Numbered from the stretch's first letter, positions 1 to 10,464 are shown. The stretch: 64,000 bases of DNA from an uncultured archaeon (GCA_903904885.1 CAIVED010000044.1:5579-69578); one strand, 5' to 3'. Program-made: numbers and translations. Notes: a model not told the origin generated them from the sequence alone.

Positions 1-291
1 CCTTTTTCCCTTTGGAACAGAAATCCTCTGCGGAGTTTTTTTATCCTCATGCAATACAATCTTTTTCCTTGCCGGAATCTGGGGCATTTCCTTTTTTAGC
101 CTTGCAATCAGCTCGTTTATCTCCTTGAAATTCTTCCTGAGCTTTTCAGCAACATCCTGCTTATTCATTTTTTTCAGCTTGAAACTCTCATACTTCTGCA
201 AAGCTATTACAACCTGCCTTGATGTTTCAAGAAGCTTTTTCCTGGTCTCTGCAGGCTCCCTTATGTTGACATAGTAAGTCTCTTCATCCAT
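1..291 (-). CDS. Hypothetical coiled-coil protein, partial (runs off left edge)
   Basis: Manual translation from ATG at 291: MDEETYYVNIREPAETRKKLLETSRQVVIALQKYESFKLKK..., open to position 1; starts 3 nt after the stop of the 295..513 ORF. Confidence 0.75.
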   Translation of the reverse strand, partial: MDEETYYVNIREPAETRKKLLETSRQVVIALQKYESFKLKKMNKQDVAEKLRKNFKEINELIARLKKEMPQIPARKKIVLHEDKKTPQRISVPKGKR

Positions 292-294
292 TTC

Positions 295-513
295 CTACAC
301 TCTCAGCAAGCCTTTGTCTATGCTGTCAATCCTTTTTTCTATTTCTTCCAGCTCGGATGACCATTCCTCAAGCTCCGAGTCCTCTTCCATTTTCATCCGG
401 TGCAGGTTTTCAAGCAGCGCCTTGCTATCCTTTATCTTGCCCTTCAGCACTTGGATTATGTCAAGCACATTCTTGTACTCGTCAATCTTAACAAAAACAG
501 GTGCGGTTTCCAT
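295..513 (-). CDS. Small coiled-coil hypothetical protein (PVFVKIDEYK type)
   Basis: METAPVFVKIDEYK...; ATG at 513 adjoins the stop of the upstream ORF. Confidence 0.8.
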   Translation of the reverse strand: METAPVFVKIDEYKNVLDIIQVLKGKIKDSKALLENLHRMKMEEDSELEEWSSELEEIEKRIDSIDKGLLRV

Positions 514-514
514 T

Positions 515-1075
515 TTATGTCCCTCCAAAAAATATTTTATCAGCAAAAAGCAGTTTTCTTTCAATCTCCTCAAGGCTGTTTCGCCATTTTTCCATCGTGG
601 ATTCTTTTCTTGTTCTCAGTTCCTCAATCCTTCCGGTGGCTGAAACATACTCATTCAGTTTTGCCCTGGTGGAATTTAATTTTTCAATCATTTCCGAGTA
701 AACATCGACGTTTATGAAAAGCGGGGATTTTTTTACCCGCGGGATGTATTCTTCTTCAAGCTCAGGCAATTCCTCGGGAATCTTAGAAGGGAGTTCGATA
801 TGCTCAAGTTCCGGCAGCCTTTCCGGAATCCGTTCAGCTTCCTCAAAAGGCGGTATCCCCATGGGCAACTCTGCAGGCTCAAGCTCAGGCAGGTCAAGAT
901 TCGGAATGTCAGGAAATAACAGCCCCTCAGTTCTTGGCGCCGGCTTTTCAAGGTCATCAGAATGCCGTTTTGAAAAATTCGGCAGTTCTATTCTTAGCTG
1001 GGGCGGAGAATTTGGCTTTGGCGGCTGAGGCATAGCTGCCTCTTTTCTGTTTTTTACTAATCCAAATAACGCCAT
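515..1075 (-). CDS. Hypothetical protein, Pro/Glu-rich N-terminus plus C-terminal coiled coil resembling 295..513
   Basis: C-terminal PLFINVDVY...EKWRNSLEEIERKLLFADK aligns by eye with PVFVKIDEY...EEWSSELEEIEKRIDSIDK. Confidence 0.8.
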   Translation of the reverse strand: MALFGLVKNRKEAAMPQPPKPNSPPQLRIELPNFSKRHSDDLEKPAPRTEGLLFPDIPNLDLPELEPAELPMGIPPFEEAERIPERLPELEHIELPSKIPEELPELEEEYIPRVKKSPLFINVDVYSEMIEKLNSTRAKLNEYVSATGRIEELRTRKESTMEKWRNSLEEIERKLLFADKIFFGGT

Positions 1076-1205
1076 CTTTTACCCCCTGAAAATGCAAGTA
1101 TATACAGCATATATAAAGATTTGTGAGTATTATTAAGTGAAAATAGCAACGTTGCCCTGGTCGCCACGTCTTAAGTTCAAATACCCAGTTTTAAAATCAG
1201 TTTCT

Positions 1206-2723
1206 ATGAAACTGCTAATAGTCCTGTTCTTGCTCCTTTTGCCCGTTGCATCGGCAATTGAAATCAATGAGATAATGTACAATCCCGTTGGGGATGACAG
1301 CGGAAACGAATGGGTTGAAATCTACAACCCAGGGCATATTGACCTTTCAAACTGGACAATCGGCGATTTGAGCGCAAATAAAACACTTGCAGCGGTCAGG
1401 ATAACTGATTCTGATTTCTTGCTTGTTGTTGAGAACAACCGGTCGTTTGGAAATTCAAATGCCTCAATATACTATGCCGGCTCTCTCATAGGAAACGGGC
1501 TTGGGAACTCAGGCGATTCGGTTTTTTTGTATGACAAAAATAAAACACTTATCGATTCTGTTGCCTATAACAGCACCTTTGCCAACGGCAACAACAAAAC
1601 ACTGGAGAAATTCAACAGCAGCTGGCAGGAAAGCATTGCCGATGGCGGGACGCCGGGATTTGAGAATTCTGTTTCCTTTGTTGTTCCTAATTTCACAAAC
1701 CAAACCAATCTAACAGAAGCAAATTTAACAGACAATTCCACAGATCAGACAAATGTTTCGGCGAATGATACAAACCAGACATCAGCAAACCTTACCAATG
1801 CCAACCAGACAAATTCCACATCAAATGAAACAGCCAACCCCCCTGCCTGCGTTTCATCAATAAAAATCAACGCAACAAAAGAGATTTACACCGATGAGGC
1901 GATAAAATTCCGGCATATTGTAAACTCATCTGACGACAATTTCTCAATCATCTACTGGGTTGAGGACCTTTTCGGCAATGTCGTTAAGTCTGAGTATGAA
2001 ACAAAAACAATCTCGGAAAAATCATTCACCCCGCATCTCGATGAAAGGGACACGGTTTATGTAATAAAGTCGATTCTGAAGGGCTGCAATGAAAGCTATG
2101 GCGAAAAAATGGTTGCCTATAAAACCGAGAAAGAAATTGCAGACACGCCTGTGAACTCAACAAAACAGGAAAGCTCAGGCAGCGGAACAGGTGCAGCAAA
2201 CAGCACAAAGCCAAAATTCAGCTACGAACTTACGTCCTATTCCGATGAAATAATGCAGGACACTGAAGCAAGCGCAACAGTTCAGATAACGTCGGATGAT
2301 TCGCCCCACGAGGTTTACATCCAGGCGTACATTTACAGATATTCCAAAAAATATTCAGAGATTGCAGAGGAGGGATTCACAATCGAAAGTCTTGCGTCAG
2401 AAACCTATGAGCTGGCGTTTTTAACAAATGCAACTCCGGGAGATTATAAGATGAAAATCAAAATCAACAAGGATGAGCAGAAAACAGACTATGAGATAAC
2501 AAGAAATGTGACTGTGGTTAAAAATGACGAACTGGAGGAGAATAAAACATTTGAAAATGTGACCGCAACTCCGCAGAAGCCAAAAAACATAACCTACCCG
2601 GTAAACATAACAAACCAGTCGGCCATATATCAATCCAAACAGGTAAAATCATTCAGCCTTGTGCCGATAATCATAATCGGGATTCTTGTGGCCATAAGCG
2701 GGGTGCTGATTTGGAAGAGATAG
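1206..2723 (+). CDS. Lamin-tail-domain (LTD) surface protein with C-terminal membrane anchor
   Basis: Signal peptide, INEIMYNP...NEWVEIYN...GTPG LTD motifs, N/T-rich linker with many N-x-S/T sequons, C-terminal TM followed by KR. Confidence 0.8.
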   Translation: MKLLIVLFLLLLPVASAIEINEIMYNPVGDDSGNEWVEIYNPGHIDLSNWTIGDLSANKTLAAVRITDSDFLLVVENNRSFGNSNASIYYAGSLIGNGLGNSGDSVFLYDKNKTLIDSVAYNSTFANGNNKTLEKFNSSWQESIADGGTPGFENSVSFVVPNFTNQTNLTEANLTDNSTDQTNVSANDTNQTSANLTNANQTNSTSNETANPPACVSSIKINATKEIYTDEAIKFRHIVNSSDDNFSIIYWVEDLFGNVVKSEYETKTISEKSFTPHLDERDTVYVIKSILKGCNESYGEKMVAYKTEKEIADTPVNSTKQESSGSGTGAANSTKPKFSYELTSYSDEIMQDTEASATVQITSDDSPHEVYIQAYIYRYSKKYSEIAEEGFTIESLASETYELAFLTNATPGDYKMKIKINKDEQKTDYEITRNVTVVKNDELEENKTFENVTATPQKPKNITYPVNITNQSAIYQSKQVKSFSLVPIIIIGILVAISGVLIWKR

Positions 2724-2758
2724 AAACGTTTTTAAACCTTCATTCTTCCTAACCGGAC

Positions 2759-3490
2759 ATGGGGTTTTTTGATATTTTCGGGAAGGAGAAAAAGGGCAAG
2801 AAAACAGCCCAGAAGAATGCAAAGAAGCGGCCGAAGCCAGCCAAGGCTGTGAAAAAGAAAGAGCCAGCCCCATCAAAAAAGCACGTTGATGAAGAAATTG
2901 ACAGAGAGGTCTGGCCGGTAAGGTCTGTCGCGATTGTTGAGATTCTGGGCGCGCCGAAGGAATATGTCATTGAGACAATGAATTCCTATGTGGCCAAAAT
3001 CAAGAAAGAAAAGGACATAAACGTTCTCAGCGCAACAATATCCGCGCCGGACCAGAAAGACAAGATGTTTGCCATTTTCGCTGAGATAGAAATGCTAACC
3101 AAAACACCTTCAAGGATTGTTGATTTTTGCTTTGACTACATGCCATCTTCAATAGAATTGCTTGAGCCGGAGGACATAAAATTCAACTCCCATCAGTTTT
3201 CAAATTTTTTCAACGACCTTCAGGCAAGGCTGCACAGCCTGGACATGCTTGTGAAAAACCTCCGGGCGGAGAACAAGGTGCTCAATGACAACGCCCATTT
3301 CCTACTTAGAAACAACATCCTGCTTTCGCTGAAAGAAAAGGAAAAGGATTTGGCTGCAATCTCAAAAAACATAGGGATTCCAGAGGAAAAGACAAAGGCA
3401 TTCCTGGAAGTTATGATACACCAGGGCGTAATATTATTAAATAAGAGCAAATACTCCATAAACCAGGAGAAGGTGAAATTTAGTGAGTGA
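2759..3490 (+). CDS. Conserved hypothetical protein, possible C-terminal winged helix
   Basis: 243-aa ORF with Lys-rich N-terminus; overlaps the scpB start. Confidence 0.75.
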   Translation: MGFFDIFGKEKKGKKTAQKNAKKRPKPAKAVKKKEPAPSKKHVDEEIDREVWPVRSVAIVEILGAPKEYVIETMNSYVAKIKKEKDINVLSATISAPDQKDKMFAIFAEIEMLTKTPSRIVDFCFDYMPSSIELLEPEDIKFNSHQFSNFFNDLQARLHSLDMLVKNLRAENKVLNDNAHFLLRNNILLSLKEKEKDLAAISKNIGIPEEKTKAFLEVMIHQGVILLNKSKYSINQEKVKFSE

Positions 3491-4379
3491 ATTAAAACAG
3501 CAAATAGAGGCGATATTGTTTGCAGCTGGCAAGAAGGTATCGTATGAGGACCTTGCAAGGCTGTGCAATACAGACATTTCTGCGATAAAGAATGAGATTG
3601 CTGAGCTGAAAAAAGATTACGAGCAAAGGGATTCCCCGTTAATTCTCAGCGAAGAAGCTGACGGCTGGAAGATGACTGTCCGGGAAAAATACCTTTCGCT
3701 TGTCCATAAGATGCTTCCTGAGACAGAGCTTTCAAAATCAGTTCTTGAGACGCTTGCGGTTATTGCATGGAAGCATCCTGCAATGCAGTCAGATGTAATC
3801 AAGATAAGGACAAACAAGGCCTATGACCACATAGATGAATTGATTGAGCGGGGCTTCATTTCAAAGGAAAGAAAGGGAAGAAGCTATCTTATCCGCATAA
3901 CCCCAAAATTCAATGAATATTTCGAGCTTCCGAACAATGAGGCAATTAAAAAACTGTTCCAGGACATACAGAAGCACATAAAGCTTGAGGAAACCGAAGA
4001 ATCCGGAAAGGAAAAACTCGGAGAGCTTGAGGTGTTCGAGGAAGAGCAGACAGAGGAAAAGAAAGAAAAAATAAAGATTTATGATTCTGAATCCCGGGAA
4101 GGGGAAGCAGAGGAAACTGAAGAAACAGAAAAAGTTACTGAAGATGAAAATCCTGAAGAATCCGAGATTAATGAAAAGATAAAAAAAATTCAGGAAACAA
4201 CGGAAGAGTTCTCTAAATTTGAAGAGGGGCCTGAAGAAACTGAGGAGGAGCCTGCCAAAGAAGAAACCAAAGATGTTCCTGCAGAAAAAGAAAAGTCTGC
4301 GGAAAAAAAATCAGGCAGGAGAGTGCTTTCAAAGGAGCTTGAGGAAATGTCAGGCGATGATGAAGAGGAGGAGCAATGA
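3483..4379 (+). CDS. scpB: SMC-Scp complex subunit ScpB with acidic tail
   Basis: IEAILFAAG, LSKSVLETLAVIAWKHP, tandem winged-helix pattern. Confidence 0.92.
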   Translation: MSELKQQIEAILFAAGKKVSYEDLARLCNTDISAIKNEIAELKKDYEQRDSPLILSEEADGWKMTVREKYLSLVHKMLPETELSKSVLETLAVIAWKHPAMQSDVIKIRTNKAYDHIDELIERGFISKERKGRSYLIRITPKFNEYFELPNNEAIKKLFQDIQKHIKLEETEESGKEKLGELEVFEEEQTEEKKEKIKIYDSESREGEAEETEETEKVTEDENPEESEINEKIKKIQETTEEFSKFEEGPEETEEEPAKEETKDVPAEKEKSAEKKSGRRVLSKELEEMSGDDEEEEQ

Positions 4380-4519
4380 TTTACCTTCTCCACTGCCCAA
4401 ACTGCAAACATAACATGAAATATTCTCCCATGAAATCAGGCGAAAACAAAAGGAAAATGTGCGTTTATTGCGGCAAGAGCTTTTCTGTGAAAAACAGCAT
4501 AATCAAAAAGGAATCCTAA
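4376..4519 (+). CDS. 47-aa zinc-ribbon protein (not in ORF track)
   Basis: MIYLLHCPNCKHNMKYSPMKSGENKRKMCVYCGKSFSVKNSIIKKES; two CxxC motifs; ATGA overlap with the scpB stop. Confidence 0.8.
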   Translation: MIYLLHCPNCKHNMKYSPMKSGENKRKMCVYCGKSFSVKNSIIKKES

Positions 4520-4650
4520 AAATATTCAACCTCTCCAAACCCCAAAATTCAGCCGTTTCAGGCGCTGTAAACGCCTTCTAAAACACAAGTTTTATAAAGA
4601 AAAACACCCTATTTCAGGGTGTGGATTCTCGTCGGAAAATCCCCTGAAAA

Positions 4651-7068
4651 ATGGCAGAAAGAATCATACCCAGACTGATTGAAGAGGAGATGAAAAAGTC
4701 CTACATAGACTATGCCATGTCAGTCATTGTCGGAAGGGCTTTGCCGGACATCAGGGACGGCCTGAAGCCGGTCCATAGGCGGGTCCTTTACACCATGCTT
4801 GAGCTCGGTTTGGCCTCAAATAAGCCATTCAAGAAGTGCGCCAGGGTTGTCGGAGACTGCCTTGGTAAGTATCATCCTCATGGCGATTTGGCTGTCTATG
4901 ACACTCTGGTAAGAATGGCCCAGACCTTCTCATTGCGATATATCCTGGTTGACGGCCAGGGCAATTTTGGCTCGGTTGACGGCGATTCTGCAGCAGCCAT
5001 GAGGTACACAGAATGCCGCATGTCCAAGGTTGCAGAGGCGATTCTCCAGGACATTGACAAGGAAACAGTTGATTTCCAGCCGAATTTTGACGCTTCGCTA
5101 AAGGAACCGATTGTCCTTCCTTCAAAGATTCCAAACCTGCTGGTAAATGGCAGCGCGGGAATTGCTGTTGGCATGGCAACAAACATCCCTCCGCACAATA
5201 TGACTGAAATCTGCGATGCCACAATTTTCCAGATTGACAATCCTGAATGCGTAATTTCAGAGCTTATGCAATTTGTAAAAGGCCCTGATTTCCCCACAGC
5301 GGGAACAATTGTCGGCAGATCAGGGATAATTGATGCCTACACCACAGGCCGAGGCAAGGTTCTTGTGCGCGCAAAATCAGAGATTATTGAGGAAAAGGGC
5401 AGGCAGAAAATAATTGTCACAGAAATTCCCTACCAGGTTAACAAGTCAATGCTGATTGAGGAGATTGCAGACCTTGTGAGGGATAAGAAAATAATCGGCA
5501 TATCTGACATCAGGGACGAGTCTGACAAAAAGGGAATGACCATTGTTATTGAACTGAAAAAAGATGCCAATGCCCAGGTTGTCCTTAACCAATTATACAG
5601 CCACACAAGGATGCAGCAGACATTCGGAATAATAATGCTGGTTCTGGTGAACAATGAGCCAAAGGTCCTGAATCTCCATGAGATGATTCACTATTTCATT
5701 CTCCACAGGAAAGAGGTTGTCACAAGAAGAACTCAGTTTGAGCTGAGAAAGGCAGAGGAGAGGGCCCATGTTTTGGAGGGATTAATCATAGCGCTGAATC
5801 ACATTGATGAGATTGTAAAGAAAATAAAGGCATCAAAGGATGCTGCTGTTGCAACAAATATGCTTGTTGCCGACTACAAGCTGACGGAAATCCAGGCCAA
5901 GGCAATCCTTGACATGAAGCTGCAGAGGCTTGCGGCGCTGGAGCAGGAGAAAATCAGGGCAGAGCACAGGGATTTGATGAAGCTGATTGCAGAACTGAAG
6001 GAGATTCTCGCTTCAGAAAAAAGAATTTTGGGAATAATCAAGGATGAGCTGAACGAGATAAAAAAGGCCTTTGGCGATGCAAGGAAAACAGAAATAATTG
6101 ATGCCGAGGGCGAGGAGATTTCCCAGGAGCAGCTGATTAAGCCGGAGGATGTTGCTGTCACAATTTCACATTCAGGCTACATAAAAAGGACAACCCTTGA
6201 CACCTACAAGCAGCAGGGGCGCGGCGGAAAGGGCGTTGTTGCCGCTGAAACAAAGGAAGGGGATTTTGTTGAGCATGTTTTTGTTGCTAATACGCATTCC
6301 TACATCCTGATGTTCACGGACAGCGGCAAGGTGCACTGGCTGAAGGTCTATGAAATCCCCGAGGCATCAAGATATGCAAAGGGCAAGGCCATAGTCAACA
6401 TTGTCCAGCTTGACCAGGGAGAAAATGTAAACGCATTTGTTCCTGTGAAGGAATTTGATGACAGCCATTTTGTTTTCATGGCAACAAAAAAGGGAACCGT
6501 GAAAAAAACAAATCTATCAGAATACTCAAGGCCGCGAAAGGGCGGCATAATCGCAGTTACGCTTGAAGAGGGCGATAATCTTATCGGGGTTGAGCTGACT
6601 TCCGGAAAGGACCAGATTATGCTTGCTTCAAAGGAAGGCAATGCCGTAAGGTTTGAGGAAAATGATGTGAGGGCCTGCGGCAGGTCTGCAATGGGTGTCA
6701 GGGGAATCAAGCTGAAGGAAAGCGATGAGGTTGTCGGAATGGTCATTGCAGATGATTCAAAGCAATTGCTGACAATAACTGAAAACGGCTACGGCAAAAG
6801 GACAGAGGCCGGCGAATACCGCCTGATTGGAAGGGGCGGTTCAGGAGTAATAAACATACAGTGCTCGGACAGGAACGGCAATGTTGTTTCAATAAGCTCT
6901 GTTACCGATGATGACGGCATTGTTGTCATAAGCAAAAGCGGGGTCATGATAAGGATTCTTGCGAAGGATATCTCCCTGATTGGCAGAAATACTCAGGGGG
7001 TCAGGATAATGAAGCTTGACGAAGGGGACAAGGTTGTTGCAGCGGCAAAGGTTGTCCACGAGGAATGA
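4651..7068 (+). CDS. gyrA: DNA gyrase subunit A
   Basis: [22 protein letters not shown] catalytic Tyr, GyrA-box QQGRGGKG, C-terminal pinwheel repeats. Confidence 0.97.
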   Translation: MAERIIPRLIEEEMKKSYIDYAMSVIVGRALPDIRDGLKPVHRRVLYTMLELGLASNKPFKKCARVVGDCLGKYHPHGDLAVYDTLVRMAQTFSLRYILVDGQGNFGSVDGDSAAAMRYTECRMSKVAEAILQDIDKETVDFQPNFDASLKEPIVLPSKIPNLLVNGSAGIAVGMATNIPPHNMTEICDATIFQIDNPECVISELMQFVKGPDFPTAGTIVGRSGIIDAYTTGRGKVLVRAKSEIIEEKGRQKIIVTEIPYQVNKSMLIEEIADLVRDKKIIGISDIRDESDKKGMTIVIELKKDANAQVVLNQLYSHTRMQQTFGIIMLVLVNNEPKVLNLHEMIHYFILHRKEVVTRRTQFELRKAEERAHVLEGLIIALNHIDEIVKKIKASKDAAVATNMLVADYKLTEIQAKAILDMKLQRLAALEQEKIRAEHRDLMKLIAELKEILASEKRILGIIKDELNEIKKAFGDARKTEIIDAEGEEISQEQLIKPEDVAVTISHSGYIKRTTLDTYKQQGRGGKGVVAAETKEGDFVEHVFVANTHSYILMFTDSGKVHWLKVYEIPEASRYAKGKAIVNIVQLDQGENVNAFVPVKEFDDSHFVFMATKKGTVKKTNLSEYSRPRKGGIIAVTLEEGDNLIGVELTSGKDQIMLASKEGNAVRFEENDVRACGRSAMGVRGIKLKESDEVVGMVIADDSKQLLTITENGYGKRTEAGEYRLIGRGGSGVINIQCSDRNGNVVSISSVTDDDGIVVISKSGVMIRILAKDISLIGRNTQGVRIMKLDEGDKVVAAAKVVHEE

Positions 7069-8105
7069 AAGGCCTTGCAATAACAAATTCTGGGGATGTT
7101 TCGCTTCTTGAAATTAAGGAGTTGATTGGAGCTGTCGGCAAAAAAGAGAAGAATGCTGTTGTTTTTGACTGCGATGCAAAAAAATTGTGCGACCTGTGCT
7201 ATTTCGGGAGGTCAGTTTCAAGGGTTATGGAGCTTTTGTGCTCTTTTGAGTTCAAGAATCTGGATGACATTGGCAAAAAAATAAAGATTGAGAATTTCTC
7301 AGCCGAAACATTCGCTGTAAAGTGCATCCGTGAGGGAAAGCATGATTTTTCAAGCTCGGATGTGGAGAAGATTGTCGGGGACAAGGTTGACAGCAAAGTT
7401 GATTTGAAAAATCCGCAGAAAATTTTACTGGTTTATATTTGTGATAACAAATTCTATCTTGGGCTTGATTACTCCGGATTTGACTTGGGAAAACGGGATT
7501 ACAAGATTTTTGTGCATCCTGCTTCAATCCGCGGGGATGTTGCATACTCTTTGCTTAGAATCGCTGATTTCAGCAAAAAGGATGTTTTGCTGGACCCGTT
7601 TTGCGGCTCAGGAACAATTTTGATTGAGGCCGGGCTGTTTTGCCTGAACAAATCAGTCCATTTCCACCAAAAAGACAAGTTTGCATTTTTGAAATTCATG
7701 AAATATGATTTTAAGGATGAAATAAAAGGAAAATGCAGGATAATCGGCACAGATTTGTCAAAGAATGTGATTATAAATGCGCAGAAAAATGCCAAGATTG
7801 CCGGCGTGGAAATAGATTTCCAGGTCGCTGATGTTGAATGGCTGGATACAAAATTAGATGAGAATTCAATTGATGGGATTGTAACCAATCCTACCTCGCT
7901 TTCCAAGCGGAGAAAGCCAGAGCCGGTGAAGAAATCCTACGATGACCTGTTCAACAATGCAAAATATCTTCTGAAAAAGAAAGGGACGGTTGCGGTCATA
8001 ACAAAGGATGCTGAAGTGATGAAAGAGATTGCGAAGAAGAACGGGTTTGGGGTGAAGAAAGAGGCAAAAATCACAGAGAACATGGCAGTTGTTTTTTCTC
8101 AGTAA
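7065..8105 (+). CDS. THUMP-domain RNA (guanine-N2) methyltransferase, Trm14/RlmL-like
   Basis: THUMP region (VDLKNP), [18 protein letters not shown] motif; motif IV reads NPTS rather than NPPY. Confidence 0.8.
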   Translation: MKGLAITNSGDVSLLEIKELIGAVGKKEKNAVVFDCDAKKLCDLCYFGRSVSRVMELLCSFEFKNLDDIGKKIKIENFSAETFAVKCIREGKHDFSSSDVEKIVGDKVDSKVDLKNPQKILLVYICDNKFYLGLDYSGFDLGKRDYKIFVHPASIRGDVAYSLLRIADFSKKDVLLDPFCGSGTILIEAGLFCLNKSVHFHQKDKFAFLKFMKYDFKDEIKGKCRIIGTDLSKNVIINAQKNAKIAGVEIDFQVADVEWLDTKLDENSIDGIVTNPTSLSKRRKPEPVKKSYDDLFNNAKYLLKKKGTVAVITKDAEVMKEIAKKNGFGVKKEAKITENMAVVFSQ

Positions 8106-8138
8106 GATTTTTAAACACTAAACAGCTAAACATCCAAA

Positions 8139-8411
8139 ATGAGAGTGCGAACGCCCAACTTTTTTGAGAAGATTCTTCTTATTATCGGCGTTTTGATTAT
8201 ACTGTTGGGCTATTCTTTTGTTTACCGGGTTTGGCAGGCTGATTCAATCCTTTCCTGGGCTGCTGTGCAGACAATCTTCCTCTGGATTATCCTGATTTGT
8301 GTCATCATCCTTGTTGCTGTTTCTGAAAACACGAAGGAAGAACTGCGAATTGTCATTGAAAACCAGACAGAAGAATTGAAGCTGCTAAGGGAAGATTTGA
8401 GGAAACGTTAA
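8139..8411 (+). CDS. Small two-TM membrane protein
   Basis: Two hydrophobic helices and a short coiled coil; TATA-like TTTTAAA upstream. Confidence 0.7.
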   Translation: MRVRTPNFFEKILLIIGVLIILLGYSFVYRVWQADSILSWAAVQTIFLWIILICVIILVAVSENTKEELRIVIENQTEELKLLREDLRKR

Positions 8412-8450
8412 ACCGCTCATTATTTAAGTTTTTCTTTCTTTAACCGGGCT

Positions 8451-9335
8451 ATGAGTTCGCCTATTTTGATAACTGAAACAGCGGAAAGAAAATGGCTCTA
8501 TCCTGAGCGATCGGTCAGGCTTCCTGTTTGGGAAAGGCCTCCTGGGAGGAGTTCGGAGTGGTCTGAAAAGCACAGATGGAGGCTTAATTACCATGTCCAT
8601 CTCAGTAATTATGAAGAAGCAGATAAACTCAAGAAAAGGTTGTGGGAACTGGGGGAAAATCCTGACCCGCAGGAAGAAGCAGGAATAATTGAAAGGCTTA
8701 GGCAAATAGAATCTCCTCAGTATGAAGATAAAACCCATGTCCAAAGATGGGGGTTTTCTGCAGTGCAAATGCCTACTGACTGGGGTCCTGTTGGCCCGAA
8801 AAACAAAAACAAGCTGAAACAATTAATGACAAACTTGGCCCATGGAACAGTGCTTGAGGCAATGTGCGGGTTTACTTCTTATTTTGATAATTCTCCCAAA
8901 ATAAGTGAAGTTGTGGCGCTGGATTTTTGCAGGGAAGGCCTGGAACGGTATGATTACCCGGAGAGAAAAAGAATCCTGTTTGATTTGGAAAGAATCTGCA
9001 GGGGAGAAAAAATGGATTTTTTTGAGGACAATTCTTTTGAAACAATCGGAGTGTTCTTCGGGATGAGATATCTATTGGAAATGTTCCCGGTTTTTCAGGA
9101 GTTTCAAAGAGTGCTTTCTCCGGGCGGAAAACTCCTGGTTGTTGAAAACCCGCACCAGGGCTATCCGGATTTGTTGAAGCACGGTTTTAATCCGGAACAA
9201 TTTGCATCTGAAGTTGAAGACGCAGGGTTCAGGGTAAGGCTGAAAGAGCTAAAATCAATAACACTCAAAAAAGGAGAGGTCGGGTTCACCGAACTTGGGG
9301 ATTACTGGCTGGTCGAGGGAACAAAAAAAGTGTAG
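8451..9335 (+). CDS. Class I SAM-dependent methyltransferase with N-terminal extension
   Basis: VLEAMCG, VALD, FEDNSFE, RVLSPGGKLLVVE. Confidence 0.8.
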   Translation: MSSPILITETAERKWLYPERSVRLPVWERPPGRSSEWSEKHRWRLNYHVHLSNYEEADKLKKRLWELGENPDPQEEAGIIERLRQIESPQYEDKTHVQRWGFSAVQMPTDWGPVGPKNKNKLKQLMTNLAHGTVLEAMCGFTSYFDNSPKISEVVALDFCREGLERYDYPERKRILFDLERICRGEKMDFFEDNSFETIGVFFGMRYLLEMFPVFQEFQRVLSPGGKLLVVENPHQGYPDLLKHGFNPEQFASEVEDAGFRVRLKELKSITLKKGEVGFTELGDYWLVEGTKKV

Positions 9336-9356
9336 GGCAGCGTAAGCCGCTTTTGT
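9330..9356 (-). repeat. Duplicate of the RNase P RNA 3' end (att-like)
   Basis: gtgtagggcagcgtaagccgcttttgt vs 9810..9837 gtgtagggcagcataagccgccttctgt; followed on the minus strand by a T7 tract. Confidence 0.85.
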
Positions 9357-9379
9357 TGCGAAAAATAAAGAGAAAGTGA

Positions 9380-9775
9380 TTATTTGAAAAGATAACTTGC
9401 AACTTCTCCCGCTTTTGCTGCGAGCATATAAGCCGCTATGCCTGATTTTGTTGCCATAACCTCATCTAAGAAACTGACTTTTGTTGGCTCTTTTACAATT
9501 CTTAGAACAGCAAGCTCTCTTCCGGTTCCTTCCTCATGCAGGTGGAATGGTCTGCCCCCTTCAAGCGCTGCAAAAAGACCAGCATCTAAGCTGCAGTCAA
9601 GTGAAATATTTGAAAATCTGACCTTGGTTTCACCAGTGATGGGTATAAGAACATGGTCGTTTAGTTGGAACCTGCCGTTGTACCTTTGAATTTTGGGCAG
9701 TTCATCAATAGGAACACCATCTATTTTAGAACTTTTAGGATTAAGCAATTTTATGTTTACATATTCTCGACTCAT
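9380..9775 (-). CDS. Orphan hypothetical protein between the rnpB 3'-end duplicates
   Basis: MSREYVNIKLL...; own TATA (TTTATATA, minus strand, ~9799-9806). The track's longer start overlaps rnpB. Confidence 0.7.
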   Translation of the reverse strand: MSREYVNIKLLNPKSSKIDGVPIDELPKIQRYNGRFQLNDHVLIPITGETKVRFSNISLDCSLDAGLFAALEGGRPFHLHEEGTGRELAVLRIVKEPTKVSFLDEVMATKSGIAAYMLAAKAGEVASYLFK

Positions 9776-9809
9776 GTAATATTGGATAGGAGAAAAATAT
9801 ATAAATTTT

Positions 9810-10120
9810 GTGTAGGGCAGCATAAGCCGCCTTCTGTAAGGCTCCACATTGCTATGGACAGCCATTGCCGGCATTCAACTAAGCGTCTCAATGGACTTGC
9901 ACAAGCCAGGGCTCGCCGTTTCATCGTTTCTCTTGGAGACGTCAGCGGGTTAACTCAGTTTTGTCGCCAAAACCTTCGCGCGCATCATCCCATTCCAAAA
10001 GCCGTGCCGTTTCTGAGCGGTTGCCATCCATTTCTGGATATTGCTTTCACAATTGGCCACCGATAGTGGGCGGACTTTCCTCAGCCGATTAAGGCCGACA
10101 GCCAGCTGCTGCTCCTACAC
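9810..10120 (-). ncRNA. rnpB: Archaeal RNase P RNA
   Basis: Minus strand has GAGGAAAGTCC and ACAGAAGGCGGCTTA (P4), P1 GTGTAGGAGCAGCA/TGCTGCCCTACAC, and a TATA box 23 nt upstream. Confidence 0.95.
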
Positions 10121-10140
10121 GAATAGAAGTCGGTATAGCT

Positions 10141-10156
10141 TGTTTATAAAGGTTTT
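10141..10156 (-). promoter_or_regulatory. BRE-TATA promoter of rnpB
   Basis: AAAACCTTTATAAACA on the minus strand, 23 nt from the predicted 5' end. Confidence 0.8.
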
Positions 10157-10464
10157 CAAAGAATAAGTTCATGACCCAGAGTGTAATATGTCGGCAGATA
10201 TGGTTCCGTAAGAGTGCTAATGCCCTTGGCTTTGCCTCGGTCCTGAACAGCATAGTTGCCGGTGACCTTTGCTACCACCCCTCCGCGTGCAGTACTAAAA
10301 GAAATCCTAAAGTCCTCAAACCAAATGTTGATGTCATCCTTTATGAACCAATTTCGCGTTAATTTTGGCAGGCCTAATTCATAGACCGTTGTGCCTAACA
10401 TTTCCAGGAGCCTGTCTGCCTGCTCAACTTCTGTTCGGGGTTGCTTTCTTTTGCGTTCAAACAT
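10156..10464 (-). CDS. Orphan hypothetical protein
   Basis: MFERKRKQPR...; TATA at ~10491-10498 on the minus strand. Confidence 0.6.
   Translation of the reverse strand: MFERKRKQPRTEVEQADRLLEMLGTTVYELGLPKLTRNWFIKDDINIWFEDFRISFSTARGGVVAKVTGNYAVQDRGKAKGISTLTEPYLPTYYTLGHELIL

Noticed and set aside
1700-1835. Repetitive-looking AAC/ACA-rich tract in the LTD protein
   Set aside because: Encodes an N-x-T-rich glycosylated linker; no exact nucleotide periodicity.
3980-4379. GAA-rich low-complexity stretch
   Set aside because: Acidic disordered ScpB tail, not a repeat element.
4651-7068. Possible intein in GyrA, or in LeuRS given its length
   Set aside because: GyrA has normal length; the LeuRS insert has a Nudix box and no intein terminal motifs.
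9665-10066. ORF-track ORFs overlapping 9810-10120
   Set aside because: The region is the RNase P RNA gene; these ORFs are spurious.
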